A stretch of 63,315 bases of DNA, filler included, from Malassezia furfur (GCA_052055015.1; 53 parts of 53 records of this genome joined end to end with filler, not necessarily neighbours in it); one strand, 5' to 3'; positions 35,513-48,381 are shown, counted from the whole stretch's first letter. Notes: generated by a model from the letters alone, not told the origin. Numbers and translations are program-made.

Positions 35513-36608
35513 AGGCCGAGCAGGTCGAGGTGCGGCAGCGCGCAGTTCGCGAGGCCGTACGCGGCCTCGGCGCGGATGCGGTAGAAGTACTTGGTGACGA
35601 GCACCGTGCGCGTGAGCATGCTGCTGGTGATCAGGCTCGGCATCTGGCTGAGCGCGTGCACCGCGACGAGCTGCGCGACCACGTCGCGGTCGCGCTGCAG
35701 CTGCGACACCCACATGTAGTCCGGCTGCTCGAACTGGATCTGCGCCATCCACTCGAAGTCGGCGTCGAGGCGGATCCACTCGTACGGCGCCGAGGCCATG
35801 ATCGCCTCGTCCTCCTCGGTCCAGTCGGCGACCTTCCAGCGCTTGCGCTCCGCCTCGTCCTCCCACATGCCGAGGCCGAAGCCGAGGTCGATCATGCCGA
35901 TCGCCTCGGCGGCGTCCTCGTCGCCGGCGGCGGCGGCGGCGGCGGCCGCCTGGCGCGCCTGGAAGCGCTTCGTGTTGCGCCGCACGCGCTTGTACTTGGT
36001 GTTGAACGGCACGTCGTAGCGCTGGTGCTCGTTCTTGATGTCGAGCACGTGCTCGTACGGCGTGCCGTCCGCCTCGTGGATGCGCACGGTCATCTGCCCC
36101 TCCCAGAGCGCCACGGGGTTCGACAGGAGCGCGTCCTCGGGGTGCGCCGCGGCGTACAGCGCCGCGGGCGACTCCTGGCGCACGTGCATCTCGATGAGCA
36201 GCTTCTTGCGGTTGAACGTCGCGGTGCACAGGAAGCGCGGGCACCCGCTGCCGTTGATCCACTGGTCGACGAACTGGCGCAGGTCCGCGCCGCTCACCTT
36301 CTTGCAGATGCGCAGGAACTGGTGCGTGCCGAGCGCGTTGCCGGCCATCTCGCCCGTGATCGCCTGCAGAAACACCTTGGGGATCACGCGCCCGAGCCCG
36401 AGCGACGCGCCCATCTTGCACAGGCGCCGGTCGAGCAGGTAGAGCACGAGCGGCGCCTTGAGGTTCACGAACGCGAGCGTCTGTGCGTCGAGCGGCTCGC
36501 TGAGGCCCACCTGGTACAGCGGCGGCATCCCGACGTCCCACGCGCACAGCCGGTCGCAGTCCTTCTTCATGCGGAAGCGGTAGTCGTTGTTGCCCAGCAG
36601 GCGCCGCA
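35513..36608 (-). CDS. TAF2: TFIID subunit Taf2, fragment
   Basis: LKAPLVL..MTVRIHEADGTPYEH..WIRLDADFEW..QLQRDRDVVAQ. Confidence 0.93.
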
Positions 36609-36766
36609 NNNNNNNNNNNNNNNNNNNNNNNNNNNNNNNNNNNNNNNNNNNNTTAATTAATTAANNNNNNNNNNNNNNNNNNNNNNNNNNNNNNNNNNNN
36701 NNNNNNNNCACGGTAGTCTGTGCGACCTCCGCTCCGCACGCGATCGGCCGAGCACTCCACACCCGC

Positions 36767-37731
36767 ATGGTGGTGCCGCGCGTGGGCCCCAACTTTCCGG
36801 CGGCGCTCGCGATCGCACCGAGCGCGCCGGCACGCGACGGCGCGTGCGGCGGCGACGCCTGGGAGCACGATAGTGCAGACGACATTGCCGCGTTTGGCAT
36901 CGCGGGGCGCATCTGGTGCGTACGCCCGCGCACTCACCGTCCAGGGAATCCGCCTTCCTGCTCCGCCGGTACGTCGACCGCGACGCGCCGTTCGTGTTTG
37001 ACCCGCCGTGCACGCTCCATGGCACAGACGAGCCACGCACCGTGCTCGATCTCGGCGCAGGCGTCGGCACCGCCGGCCTCGCGCTCGCGCAGGCGCTCCA
37101 CGACCCCTCAACACCGCACACGGTCCTTCTGACCGACCTGCCGGACGTCGTCCCGCTCCTGCAGCGCAACGCACGCACAGCGCAGGCGCGGGGGCAGGAC
37201 GTGCGCGTGTGTGCACTGCCGTGGGGCGACGCCCGTGCGGCCGACGCCGCGGTGCGCGCCGCGCCGCGTCCACTGACGCACATCCTGTGCTCGGACCTCG
37301 TGTATTTCCCCGAGCTCCTTGCGCCGCTGCTGCGCACGCTCCTGGACCTGACAAGCACAGCACAGCCGCCCGAGGTCGTGATCGGCTACCGCATCCGCTC
37401 GCTCACCAAGGAGCAGCCTTTCTGGGCCGCGCTGGGCTCGTGGTTCGACTTTCGCGCGGTGTACTGTGCGCCCAAGGCGCGGCCGGACGCGTGGGTGCCG
37501 TTCGGCAGCGACGCGACGCACCTCTCGCACGGCCCGCCGGGCGCCGTGGCGGACGACTACTTTGTGTTTGTCGCGCACCGCAAGCCGCACACCCTGTCGC
37601 AGACGGCGCCGCACAGCGACGCGGCGCTCCTTGCCGGCCGCCGCGTGACCGACGCTGCCTCGCAGACCTACGACCCCGACCTGAGCGGCGTCGACACGTT
37701 CGAGTGGCTGATGCTCAGTCGGTCTACATAG
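36767..37731 (+). CDS. METTL21/family-16 protein-lysine methyltransferase, complete; intron 36916-36944
   Basis: GIAGRIW|ESA, VLDLGAGVG, LTDL, LPWG, SDLVY. Confidence 0.88.
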
Positions 37732-37902
37732 CTAATATACAATACCCTACGCTCACGCACGCCGCCGGGGCCCGCAGCGTCGCCCGACCCGCGCGACACG
37801 TANNNNNNNNNNNNNNNNNNNNNNNNNNNNNNNNNNNNNNNNNNNNTTAATTAATTAANNNNNNNNNNNNNNNNNNNNNNNNNNNNNNNNNNNNNNNNNN
37901 NN

Positions 37903-38774
37903 TCGAGCACCGCGAGGCGCGGCAGCGCGGGCGTCGCGTCGGCGCGCGGCGGCGGCGGCGCAAACACCGCATCGCCCAGCTCGTTGCCCGCCACATCGAG
38001 CTCCACGAGCTCGGTGAGCGGCGCGACGAGCTGCAGGGGCAGCGGGCCCTGCAGCGCATTGTCGCTCACGTCCAGGCGGCGCAGCGTGCGCGGCAGCGCA
38101 AGCACGTCGACCTCGCCGCCGTCGGCACGCAGCAGCGCGCCGTTGCGCAGCTGGTTGTGGCCCGCGTCGAGCGTGCGCAGGCTCGGCAGCACGTCGCCGA
38201 CCTCGGCAGCCTGCTGCGGCGTCCACAGCGCCTCCAGCCCGTTGTGCCGCACATCGAGCGTGGTGAGCGAGGGTAGTTGCAGCACACACGTAGGCAGCGA
38301 CGTCAGCCGGTTGTGCGCGAGCGTCAGCGTGGTCAGCTGCGCCAGGTCCCCGAGCGACGCCGGCAGCGACGCCAGCTGGTTCGCGTGCAGCTCGAGCCGC
38401 GTGAGCTGCGCAAACTGCGCCACGCGCTCGTCCAGCGCATCGAGCGCATTGCCGCTCAGCTGCAGCACATGCACGTCGCGGCGCGGACGCCAGGCGCCCT
38501 GCGCGGCCTGCTGCGCCTCGTCGTACCACGCGGGGGGCGCCTCGTCCAGCAGCGTCCACACCACCTCGGGCACCGCGGTCAGCGGCGGGGCGCGGGATGC
38601 CAAAGAAAGGCGGCCGGTGCGCCACGCCTCGCGCACCACCGCGTCGACGGGCACAGCCGACGCCTCGGCGGCCGCCGCCACGCCGCTCTTGCGCGCGGCT
38701 CTGGCCTCGGCCGGTTTCGTGGGAGTGGGATCGGGGCGTCGCGCGGACAGCTCCGCCTTGCCCGCCTGCGACAT
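37903..38774 (-). CDS. Leucine-rich repeat protein, N-terminal fragment
   Basis: AWRTGRLSLAS then LQLSGNAL, LELHANQL, LTLAHNRL repeats. Confidence 0.85.
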
Positions 38775-39096
38775 TGCGCACGCTCGCTCGTTATTCGGAA
38801 ATCGTCCGGGAGGGGCGCGCGGCACCTCGTGGTTCCGCAGCACGTCCGGAGCGGGGGCACGGAGGTCCAAGCGCCGCGCCGCGTACGGGGGACAATCATC
38901 TGACTAAACCGACTATCGGCCTACCAATCGCGGCCGGCATGACTCCACCGGCGTCCACGTGCGTATGCGCACGGGGCACGACGATGCGGTGGGGGNNNNN
39001 NNNNNNNNNNNNNNNNNNNNNNNNNNNNNNNNNNNNNNNTTAATTAATTAANNNNNNNNNNNNNNNNNNNNNNNNNNNNNNNNNNNNNNNNNNNNG

Positions 39097-39173
39097 AACG
39101 CCAAAATCCTCATCGCCAATACCTCGATGGACACGGACAAGATCAAGGTGCTTGGCGCACGCGTGCGCGTCGA
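39097..39173 (+). CDS. CCT2: Short piece of chaperonin CCT-beta fused to the contig end
   Basis: NAKILIANTSMDTDKIKVLGARVRV. Confidence 0.8.
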
Positions 39174-40184
39174 GGTGGCCGTGCATCGCGAGCGCCAGCT
39201 CGCGCACGGCGGTCACCTGGAAAAAGTACTGCAGCACCGAGTTCAGGTAGCACGTGTTCCCGATGTTGTGCAGCCCCCGCGGCATGGCGAACGGCGGCGC
39301 GTCGTCCGTGGGCGGCGCGGTGTCGCCCGCAAGGTAGCGATGCAGGTAGCTGCTGTGCCGGTGGTGCGCGATCGCCTGCAGCGCCGCACGCAGCAGCTCG
39401 CGCCGCGTCTGCGTCTCGGCCATGTACACCTCGAACGCGACCACCACGAGCGCGTCGTCGATGTCCTCGCTCGTCTGGATCAGCCGGTACGCCTGCGCGA
39501 CGTCGGTGATGGCACCCTGCTGCACGCGCGTCTGCAGCGCCTCGGTCGCATGGTGCCGCGCGAGCGTGTGCAGCGCGTGCATCGCGGCACGCAGCGCGTC
39601 GTCGTCGCCGTGGTCGAGCGTGTCGCGGATGCGCCGGTCGTACGCGGCGACGATCGCTGCGTCGTCAGGCGGCGCGCCCGGCGCAGGCGGCGCGACGCCG
39701 AGGTGCTCGTAGCTTGCGCGCACGTCCGCCAGCGTATACAGCCCCTGGCTCTGCTCGACGGCGAGCAGCATGCGCAGCGCCTCGGCGTTGGGGTGCGCGT
39801 CGTAAATGCGCTCCAGCGCCAGGAAGCGCGTCTGGCGCGTCGCGGGGAACGCCGCACAGTTTGCGCGGTACAGGTGCGCGATCTCGGCGGGCGGCGCATC
39901 GGACGCGACACCGAGGCACGCGTATGCGTCGCGCAGCGCGGCATCGGCCGGCGGCGTCGGCAGCGTCGTGCGCGTGTCGCCCAGCGGCGCAAGCGCACTT
40001 TGCGACGCGACGTGCAGGGTGACGTCGGCGTCGTCCGGCGACGGCGGCACGCCGCCGAACGACATGCACCAAGCCGCAAGCTCCATCCAGATGCGCGTGA
40101 GGTGCAGGCGCACCGGGGCCGTGTCGGTCCATGGGCTCGTGGGGGTCGCTGCCGCCGCGGGGGCGGCCGGTGTGGAGGTGAGGG
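39174..40184 (-). CDS. Ubiquitin-specific protease (Ubp2-like), fragment
   Basis: Cys box PRGLHNIGNTCYLNSVLQYF preceded by AY..LG repeats. Confidence 0.85.
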
Positions 40185-40284
40185 NNNNNNNNNNNNNNNN
40201 NNNNNNNNNNNNNNNNNNNNNNNNNNNNTTAATTAATTAANNNNNNNNNNNNNNNNNNNNNNNNNNNNNNNNNNNNNNNNNNNN

Positions 40285-40955
40285 GCGGGCTCGCGCGGCG
40301 CCGAGCCGGCGCGGATGGTGCGCGCAGGCGAGTGCGACACGCCGCGAAGGGAGGCCGACTCGGCCGGAGACGCCTCGCGCGGCGTGCGCTGCCGATCGAG
40401 CAGCATCTGCTTCTCGAGCAACCTGCGCCGCCGCGCGCGCCGCCGACGACGCTCCTCGGCGCTGCCGACCTCGTCAAGCGTTATACGTGTACGTGTCTCG
40501 TCGCCGTGGCCGGACATGGGCTGCACGACGGCGGTGAAGAAACTCAGCTGGCCGCTGGTGGTGCGCAGCCAACGCGAAAGGGCGGCGGTGCTGGTGCTGG
40601 GAGGCGCACTCGGTGCGGGCGTTGCCGATAACGCACTGCTGCTGGGCCCCGCATCGGCAGCGCGCGGCGCGATGCGGTCGTCGACCGACGCTGCGCCCGG
40701 GGTGTCGGCGCGCGCGTCGGGCCGCGTGCGGCGCTCGTCGTCCGGTGTCTCGCCGACGCCCGGTGAGGCGGCAGGGAGGCGCTCGGCCTTGAGGAACGCC
40801 GTGACACCGGCGCGTGTGCGTTCGTAGTCAGCACGCGTGAGGCGCAGGCCGAGTGCCTGCGCGCGCGCGAGGAAGTCGTCGGCCTCGGACGCGGCGGTGC
40901 CCATGGCCTCGCGACCGTCCGTCTCAGGTGCAGACGGGGCGGCGGGGGTGCTCAT
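40285..40955 (-). CDS. S/T/P-rich unknown protein, N-terminus, copy A
   Basis: ATG at 40955; frame supported by synonymous-biased differences from the copy at 49643-50702. Confidence 0.7.
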
Positions 40956-41460
40956 GGTGGCAGCTACACGCGCGCCACGGTGATGGGACGTTGCGTGCGA
41001 CGTGGACAGGAGCGTGCCGTGCGAGCGCAAGAGCGACGAACCTGCACGCGTCGGCCACGGTCGCGGTCGGGAGCGCGCCGAACGCACGCACGCCGTCGGG
41101 CTTGGCAGGCGGCGCGCGCGCGCCCCGACGCGCGCGCGCTGTGGTTGGGTTGGAGCGACGCGCGACGCGTGACAGTCCGGCGCCAACACGTGCAGGCGTG
41201 CGCGCGCTGCAGGTGAGTCAGCGTGTGGGTCGCGTTGCTGGTGGGGAAGTATGCGGTGCGCGCGCTGCAGGCGGCGCGTGGCGCTGCGTGCCGTGCGTGG
41301 CGGCGGGCGTGTGCGGCGCGCCGTGTCAACTCGGGGTGCGGCTAAGCTACATAGTGGTATNNNNNNNNNNNNNNNNNNNNNNNNNNNNNNNNNNNNNNNN
41401 NNNNTTAATTAATTAANNNNNNNNNNNNNNNNNNNNNNNNNNNNNNNNNNNNNNNNNNNN

Positions 41461-41555
41461 CGTACCGCGGCGTGGGCCACGTGGAGCGCAACCGCAAGCG
41501 CGCGGCGCACCGCGCCCAGCAGCGCGCGCGGCGCCGTGCCCGTAGCGAAGCGTAG
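41461..41555 (+). CDS. Basic C-terminus of an unknown convergent gene
   Basis: YRGVGHVERNRKRAAHRAQQRARRRARSEA*. Confidence 0.4.
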
Positions 41556-41558
41556 GAA

Positions 41559-42535
41559 CTATGGCGGAGCGAAGTACGTTGGGTACGGCTCGGGGCCGTA
41601 CCGGTGCGTCTCGTTGAGGCGCGCGTGCGGGCGGATGAGCGAGCCGGGGTACGTCCACGCCGCCACCGGGCGCTCGGCGTACGGCAGCTTGCGCGGCAGC
41701 ACGTCGCGGTCGCCCGGGAGCGGTGTGAGCGGCACGCGCAGCTTGAACGTCTGCAGCTCGGTGTCGGTGACCGTGTAGCGCGACACGCGCGCGTACGCGA
41801 CGCGCTCGAGCCCGCGGAAGCCGAGGTACTGGCACCACCGGTCGAGGTCGCGCTTGTCGACGTCCAGGAGGCGCCCCTCGCCGAACAGGATGCCGTACGG
41901 GCTCGGGCGCGGCATGTGCGGCAGCGTCACGAGGTAGCCGAGGAAGATCGCCGGCGCGGGGTACGTCGCCGCGAGGATCTCGGCGAGCGCCGTCGTCTGC
42001 AGCTCGCGGTCGAGCGCGTCCTCCTGCTGGCCGTTGTGCGAGACGATGACGTGCGTCGCGACGCCAAACACGTCGAGCACCGCGTGGATCGCGGGCGCGA
42101 GCTCGCCGTGCGGCGACGGCAGCAGGTGGTGTGTGCTCTCGAGGATCGGGAACTTGGACAGCAGCACGGCGCCCCACGTGTGCTTCTTCGGGCTCGGGCC
42201 GAGGTCCGCATACATCCCGAGCTCCTCGGCGAGGTACTGCGTCAGGTCGCGGTTCGCGAACGCGGGGCGGTGCAGGTCCGTCTCGAGCAGCCCCACAACG
42301 TCCAGCTCGAGCTCGCGGAAGAGGCCCGCCATGCGCCGCGTGTTGTCGCGCATCGACTGGTCGAAGCCAAAGTGCACCGTCCAGATGCCCGCGGTCAGCA
42401 CGCGGTCCGCCGCGTGGTACGGCACGATGCGGTGCGCGGGCACGCGGCGCACCGCCGGCACGACGCACGCCACGCCCACGAGCGCGCCGCCAATCAGCGC
42501 AGGGTGTGGAGGTCGTGCGCTCGGCCGACACGCAA
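41559..42535 (-). CDS. CWH43: GPI lipid remodelase Cwh43, C-terminal domain
   Basis: TAGIWTVHFG, DVVGLLETD, HTWG..LSKFPI, HNGQ..DRELQ, DRWCQY, TDTELQ. Confidence 0.93.
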
Positions 42536-42635
42536 NNNNNNNNNNNNNNNNNNNNNNNNNNNNNNNNNNNNNNNNNNNNTTAATTAATTAANNNNNNNNN
42601 NNNNNNNNNNNNNNNNNNNNNNNNNNNNNNNNNNN

Positions 42636-43707
42636 CGGCGCACTGGGCGCCTCGCCGGGCGTCGGCACCGCGTGCGCCGCCGGCGACGCGCGCTCGTCGC
42701 CACGCAGCGACGACATCGGCGTCGTCGCATTGTGGTGCGCACCGTAGTACAGCGCGTTGCGCTGCGAGTCAAGCGGCGTGTTGTAGATCGACGAGGGCGC
42801 ACCGGTGAAGCCCGCGGTGTTCGCCGCCTGCGCCGGTGCACCGCCCGTGGCGGGCGTTGCATTGCTCGGCGCGTTGGCGTGCAGCGACTCGTCGGAATGC
42901 TCAAACGCGGGACGGGCGTTGGCGTTGCCCGATGCCAGGCCGTACGCGTTGTGCGACGCATTGCTGAACCCGTGGCTCTTGAACGCATCGAGGCCCTGTT
43001 GCGGGAACGACGCAGCATCCGCAGGCGCGTCGCGCTTTGCATCGACGTCCGCGAAGCCCGCACGCGCAGCGCTCGTCTCTTCTGCGCCCGCAAGCGGCTG
43101 CTGCGCCTCGTCTCCCGCCATAAAGTTGAGCGTACCAAACTGCACCCCGAGACGGTCGAGCGACGCAGCGCCACCCGGCATCACGACGGGCGCGTCCTGG
43201 TGCGCACGCGTACGCGCGCCACGCGACGACACGGGCGCGGGAGCAGGCGCCGGCGCCGACGCCGGTACGGCACTCGGCTCGCTCGGCGCAGCGCGCGCAC
43301 CCTCCGACATGTTCTGTGCCGCGTCGAGCGCAAGCGCAGGCTGCGTAATCTCGGTATCGATCGCAGGTTCGGGCGCGGCGGGCGTCGCCGTCGGCGCCGT
43401 CGGGGCAGCTGCCGCAGGTGCGGCCGTCGGCACGGGCGCGGCGGGCGCCGGCGGTGCCTTTTCGACGGGGCGCGCAATCTGCGCCCAGCTCATGGCCGTC
43501 TTGGGCTTTTCCGCAGCGTTCGATGCCGTGCTGCGCTCGCTGGTCGGCTGGGCCGGCTGCTGCGACACTCGGAACGCAGCCTGCGTCGTGGTGATCGGCT
43601 TGGCGTCCGTCTGCGCCGAGACTGGCATGGCGCCGGTCGCACCGCCACGCGCGCCGATGCCACGGAAGCCGCCGCGGCCTGCGCGGGCAGCCTGAGCCGG
43701 CGCGCCA
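42636..43707 (-). CDS. UBAP2L/Def1-like low-complexity protein, fragment
   Basis: RGG box, MSWAQIA, PVVMPG..VQFGTL. Confidence 0.6.
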
Positions 43708-43917
43708 NNNNNNNNNNNNNNNNNNNNNNNNNNNNNNNNNNNNNNNNNNNNTTAATTAATTAANNNNNNNNNNNNNNNNNNNNNNNNNNNNNNNNNNNNN
43801 NNNNNNNGGCGCGCGGCGGCCGCGTGGGCACGCTCGCTCGGCCGAGTGGGCACGCACGGCCGCCGGCTGCCCCGCACGCTGACGCCGATGCGCCTGGGGA
43901 ACTGCGTGGGTACGGCG

Positions 43918-44878
43918 ATGAGCAGGAGCCGCGGACGACTGCATGCGCTCGCGCGCCACTTCTACACGGGCGCGGCCCGCGAGGCGACGCATACCGCGCC
44001 GACCGCCGACGCGCCCGCCGCGTCGCTCGGCACGCTGCGCATCGGCCCGCACGTCGCGATCCCGCTCGTGCAGCCGGACCAGCCGGAGCGTTTGCCACCG
44101 GAGCGCCTACTGCTCGATGTGGACGACCCCCTGGTGCTCGAGCACCTCGAGTTTCTCGGAAAAAAGTGGCAGCTGCGCCAGGACGTGTTCCTGGCGTCGC
44201 CGCCCGGGCCGTACGCGCGGCGCCTGTGCCAGACATTTGCGTCGCTCATCCAGGTGCCGGTCGAGTACGTGTCACTGCACCGCGACGTGGGCGAGGCCGA
44301 GCTCCTGCAGCAGCGCTCGCTCGAGGCGGGCGGCAACTTGCGCTACGATGACGGGCCGGTCGTGCGTGCGATGAAGCACGGCCACATCCTCGTGCTCGAC
44401 GGCATCGAGCGCGCCGAGCGCGGCGTGATGCCCGTGCTGAACAACATCCTCGAGAACCGCGAGCACAACCTGCCCGACGGCACACAGCTCGTCCCCGCCG
44501 AGCGCTTCACGAAGCGCGACGACCCGAGCGCGGAGCACGCACGCTTTGTGCCGGTGCACCCCGACTTCCGCGTGTTCTGCCTCGGTGTGCCCGTGCCGCC
44601 GTACAAGGGCCACCCCCTCGACCCGCCGTTCCGCTCGCGCTTCCAGGCGCGCTGGGTGGAGGGCACCGTGTTCCCGCCGCTGCCCCCGTACGAGGTGAGC
44701 ATCGACGGCCAGCATGCGGCGGCGCTCAGCGCGCGCTGGGCACAGCTCGCGGCGCTCGTGCAGCGCCACGCCGACGCGACGCAGCGCGGCGGGCAGCTGC
44801 CGGCCACGTCGCAGCTCCCGCATGTGCCCGCGACGGCCGTGCCGCTGCTGCGCGACCTGTGCACGGTGTTTGCGCCGC
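43918..44878 (+). CDS. VWA8: VWA8-like AAA+ ATPase, N-terminal fragment
   Basis: QDVFL..PPGPYARRL..LDGIERAERGVMPVLNNILENRE..LDPPFRSRFQ. Confidence 0.88.
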
Positions 44879-44978
44879 NNNNNNNNNNNNNNNNNNNNNN
44901 NNNNNNNNNNNNNNNNNNNNNNTTAATTAATTAANNNNNNNNNNNNNNNNNNNNNNNNNNNNNNNNNNNNNNNNNNNN

Positions 44979-45993
44979 CGCGCCGGCCGCGCCGGACGCC
45001 GGCGCGCCGGCGCTGCGCCTGTGGTCGCGCGAGGTGCGCGGCCTGATCGGTGTGCTGTACGTCGCGAACCGCGCGCTGTTCAACGGGATGGCGGCGCTGA
45101 CGATTGTGGCGGTGGCGTGCTACTACGGCCCGTCGTTCTTTGCGAACCGCATCTTTGCGGTGCTGGAGGACGAGGCGCTGGCCGATGCGCCGCACGCGCG
45201 CCTGGCGCGTGCGCTGCCGTGGGTGCTGGCGCTGTTTGCGACGGTGATTGTCAGCAGCACGATCCAGGGGCAGCTGTGGTCGATTCTGGAGGCGCACCTC
45301 ACCGTGCGCATCACGACGCAGCTCTCCACGATGCTGTACAACAAGACGCTTGTGCGGCGCAACGCGTCGCGCGACGACGGCGGCCCGTCGAGCAGCAGCC
45401 AGGTGCTGACGCTGCACCTCGTCGATCTGAAGCGCGTGGCGGCGATGCTGTTCGACCTGACGATGCTGATCAACATCCCGTTCGAGCTGGCGTTTGGCGG
45501 GTACTTTGCGTACCGCGTGCTGGGCGTCTCGGCGCTCGTCGGCCTCGCGTCGACGCTGGTGCTCGTGCCGCTCATCACGCTCGTCAGCCGGCGCTTTGCG
45601 CGGACGAACGAGCGGCTGATGACCGCGCGCGACCAGCGCATGGGGCTGCTGAACGAGTGCTTCCTCGGGATCCGCATGATCAAGTCGCAGGCGTGGGAGC
45701 GCCGCTTCGGCGCGCGCATCCTCGACAAGCGCCACGACGAGCTGCGCAGCCAGCGCCGCACGTTCCTGCTCGAGGCGCTCCTCTCGACGCTCCTCGAGCT
45801 CAACCCGCTGCTCGTGACCGTCGTGGCGTTTGCGCACTACACGCTCGTGATGCACGAGTCGCTCACGCCCAAGACGGCGTTCACCTCGCTCGCGGTGTTC
45901 ACCGAGCTGCGCTGGACGCTCACCATGCTCCCCGAGTCGCTCACCGACATGATGCAGGCGCTCGTGTCGCTGCGCCGCATCTGCGTCTTCCTC
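44979..45993 (+). CDS. ABCC/MRP-type transporter, TMD1 fragment
   Basis: LYNKTL, RDQRMGLLNECFLGIRMIKSQAWE, AFTSLAVF, QALVSLRRI. Confidence 0.9.
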
Positions 45994-46148
45994 GTGAGCG
46001 ACTCGGGGAGCATGGTGAGCGTCCAGCGCAGCTCGGTGAACACCGCGANNNNNNNNNNNNNNNNNNNNNNNNNNNNNNNNNNNNNNNNNNNNTTAATTAA
46101 TTAANNNNNNNNNNNNNNNNNNNNNNNNNNNNNNNNNNNNNNNNNNNN

Positions 46149-47218
46149 GACGTCGCGAGCGCGGCGCGCACCGACGTCGCGAGCGCGGCGCGCACCGACG
46201 TCGCGAGCGCGGTGCGCCAGCGCGACTCGTACCTGTTTACGCCGCGCGTCGCGGCCGAGCAGGACTATGCGACCGTGCACGCGCTGGGCGTCACGGGCTG
46301 GGAGCAGCTCGTGAACGAGGACGCAGCGCTGGCCGCGTTCCCGCACGCCGACCTACTGTTTGGCGACGAGAGTGTGCGTATGGACCGTGCGACGCTGCCC
46401 GCCGCGGAGAATGCGCGGCTCGACGAGGCGTGCACCGCGCTGCTCTACCTGCTGGGCCCTGTGCTGCTCTCGCGCAGTGCGGCCAAGTGCCTCGAGTGGC
46501 TGGTGCGGCGCTTTGCGGTGCATGTGCATGTGCCGCGGGTGGTGGTGCACGTCTTTCTGCCGTACCACACCACGCCGCAGTTTGCGCGCATGCTGCAGCT
46601 GCTGCCCGTCGACCGCGAGCCGGCGCTGCACTTTCTGGCGGCGGTGAAGCAGGCGCAGACGCCGCTGCCCACCTCGCTGCTCGTCCAGGCGATGGGCGCG
46701 CACGACGACGTGCTGCGCCTCGTCGCGCAGACGCAGGCGCCGCCGGGCGTGGCCGCGCGGCGCGTCCCGGTGACGTTCTGGACGGCGACGCTCGTGCAGT
46801 TCTGCCTGCAGCTCGGTGCGCCCGCGTCGCGCAAGCGTGCGCTGCCGCCGCACCGCGCGCACGAGGTGCTGGCGATCGTGCTGCCCGAGACGCTGCGCCT
46901 CCTGGCGCCGCCCGTCGAGACGGAGGCGGCTGTCGGCGCGCTGATGGTGCTGTGCTCGCTGAGCACGGCGTTTGCGCTGTCGCCGACGGCGGTGCGCGGC
47001 GTGCTCGAGAGCGTGGCGCGTGTCGTGGAGCGCGCTGAGGTGCCGCCCGTGCTGGCGCGCGCGCTCGTGGCGTGCTGCTTTGCGCTGTGTGCGTCGCCGG
47101 ACGCGCCGCGCGACGCGTTTGCCGACGCGCCGCTCATCACCGCGCCGGCGCTGCGCGCGCTGCTGGCTCAGCAGCGCCTCGTCGCGCAGCTCGTCGGGGG
47201 GCGCCTCGAGGAACGTCG
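46149..47218 (+). CDS. UTP10: SSU processome protein Utp10, N-terminal fragment
   Basis: SYLFTP..A..D..KCLEWLVRRF..FLPYHTTPQFARML. Confidence 0.9.
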
Positions 47219-47436
47219 NNNNNNNNNNNNNNNNNNNNNNNNNNNNNNNNNNNNNNNNNNNNTTAATTAATTAANNNNNNNNNNNNNNNNNNNNNNNNNN
47301 NNNNNNNNNNNNNNNNNNCGCCCAGGCCCGCGCACCGCCCACACGCAACCGCTTGCCCGCGCCGCACGCACGCACGCACGCACCCTGCGCACCACACACA
47401 TAGACGGCTACGCTGCCACGCATCTCCTACTATACA

Positions 47437-47952
47437 CTACGCAAGCCGTGCGCGTTTCGGCGCCGACACCTCGTCGTCGCCGAGCGAGGCCAGGACGTCG
47501 TCGTCGACCTCGCTCGTGCCCGGCGTGCTGCGGAGCCGCTTGGCGCTCCGCTCGGCCTCGTCGGCCGCGTCCGTCGACGGTGCGAGCGCGGGCGCCGGCT
47601 CGTCGTCCTCGTCGTCCGAGTACGCAACGGCGCGCCGCGCCGTGCGCCCCTTGGGCGTGCGTGCCTCGGCGGGTGCGGCCGCCGCACGCTCGGTATGCGC
47701 CGCCGATGCGGTACGCGCGTGGATCTCGGCGATGGCGTCCAGCAAGAAGCTGGGTGAGCGGTCGTCAACGTACTCCACTTCTTCCTGCAGCGTCTGCTGC
47801 AGCTGCATCGCCTTGGTGGCGGCCGCCTCCATCTCGGTATGGCGCTGCATCAGTCACACACGTACCGCCGTCACCTTGTCGTACGCAAGGCGCGTCCGTG
47901 TGAAGTGCGCCTTGTAGTCGTGCGCACGTCCGGCGCTCGCACTCCTCGGCAT
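47437..47952 (-). CDS. Small coiled-coil nuclear protein (possibly Iec3-like), complete; introns 47845-47865 and 47750-47773
   Basis: Spliced product ..LQEEVDFLLDAI.. with an acidic tail and NLS-like PKRAR. Confidence 0.6.
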
Positions 47953-47975
47953 GGCGGAGGGACGACGCTGACTAA

Positions 47976-48381
<406 letters not shown>

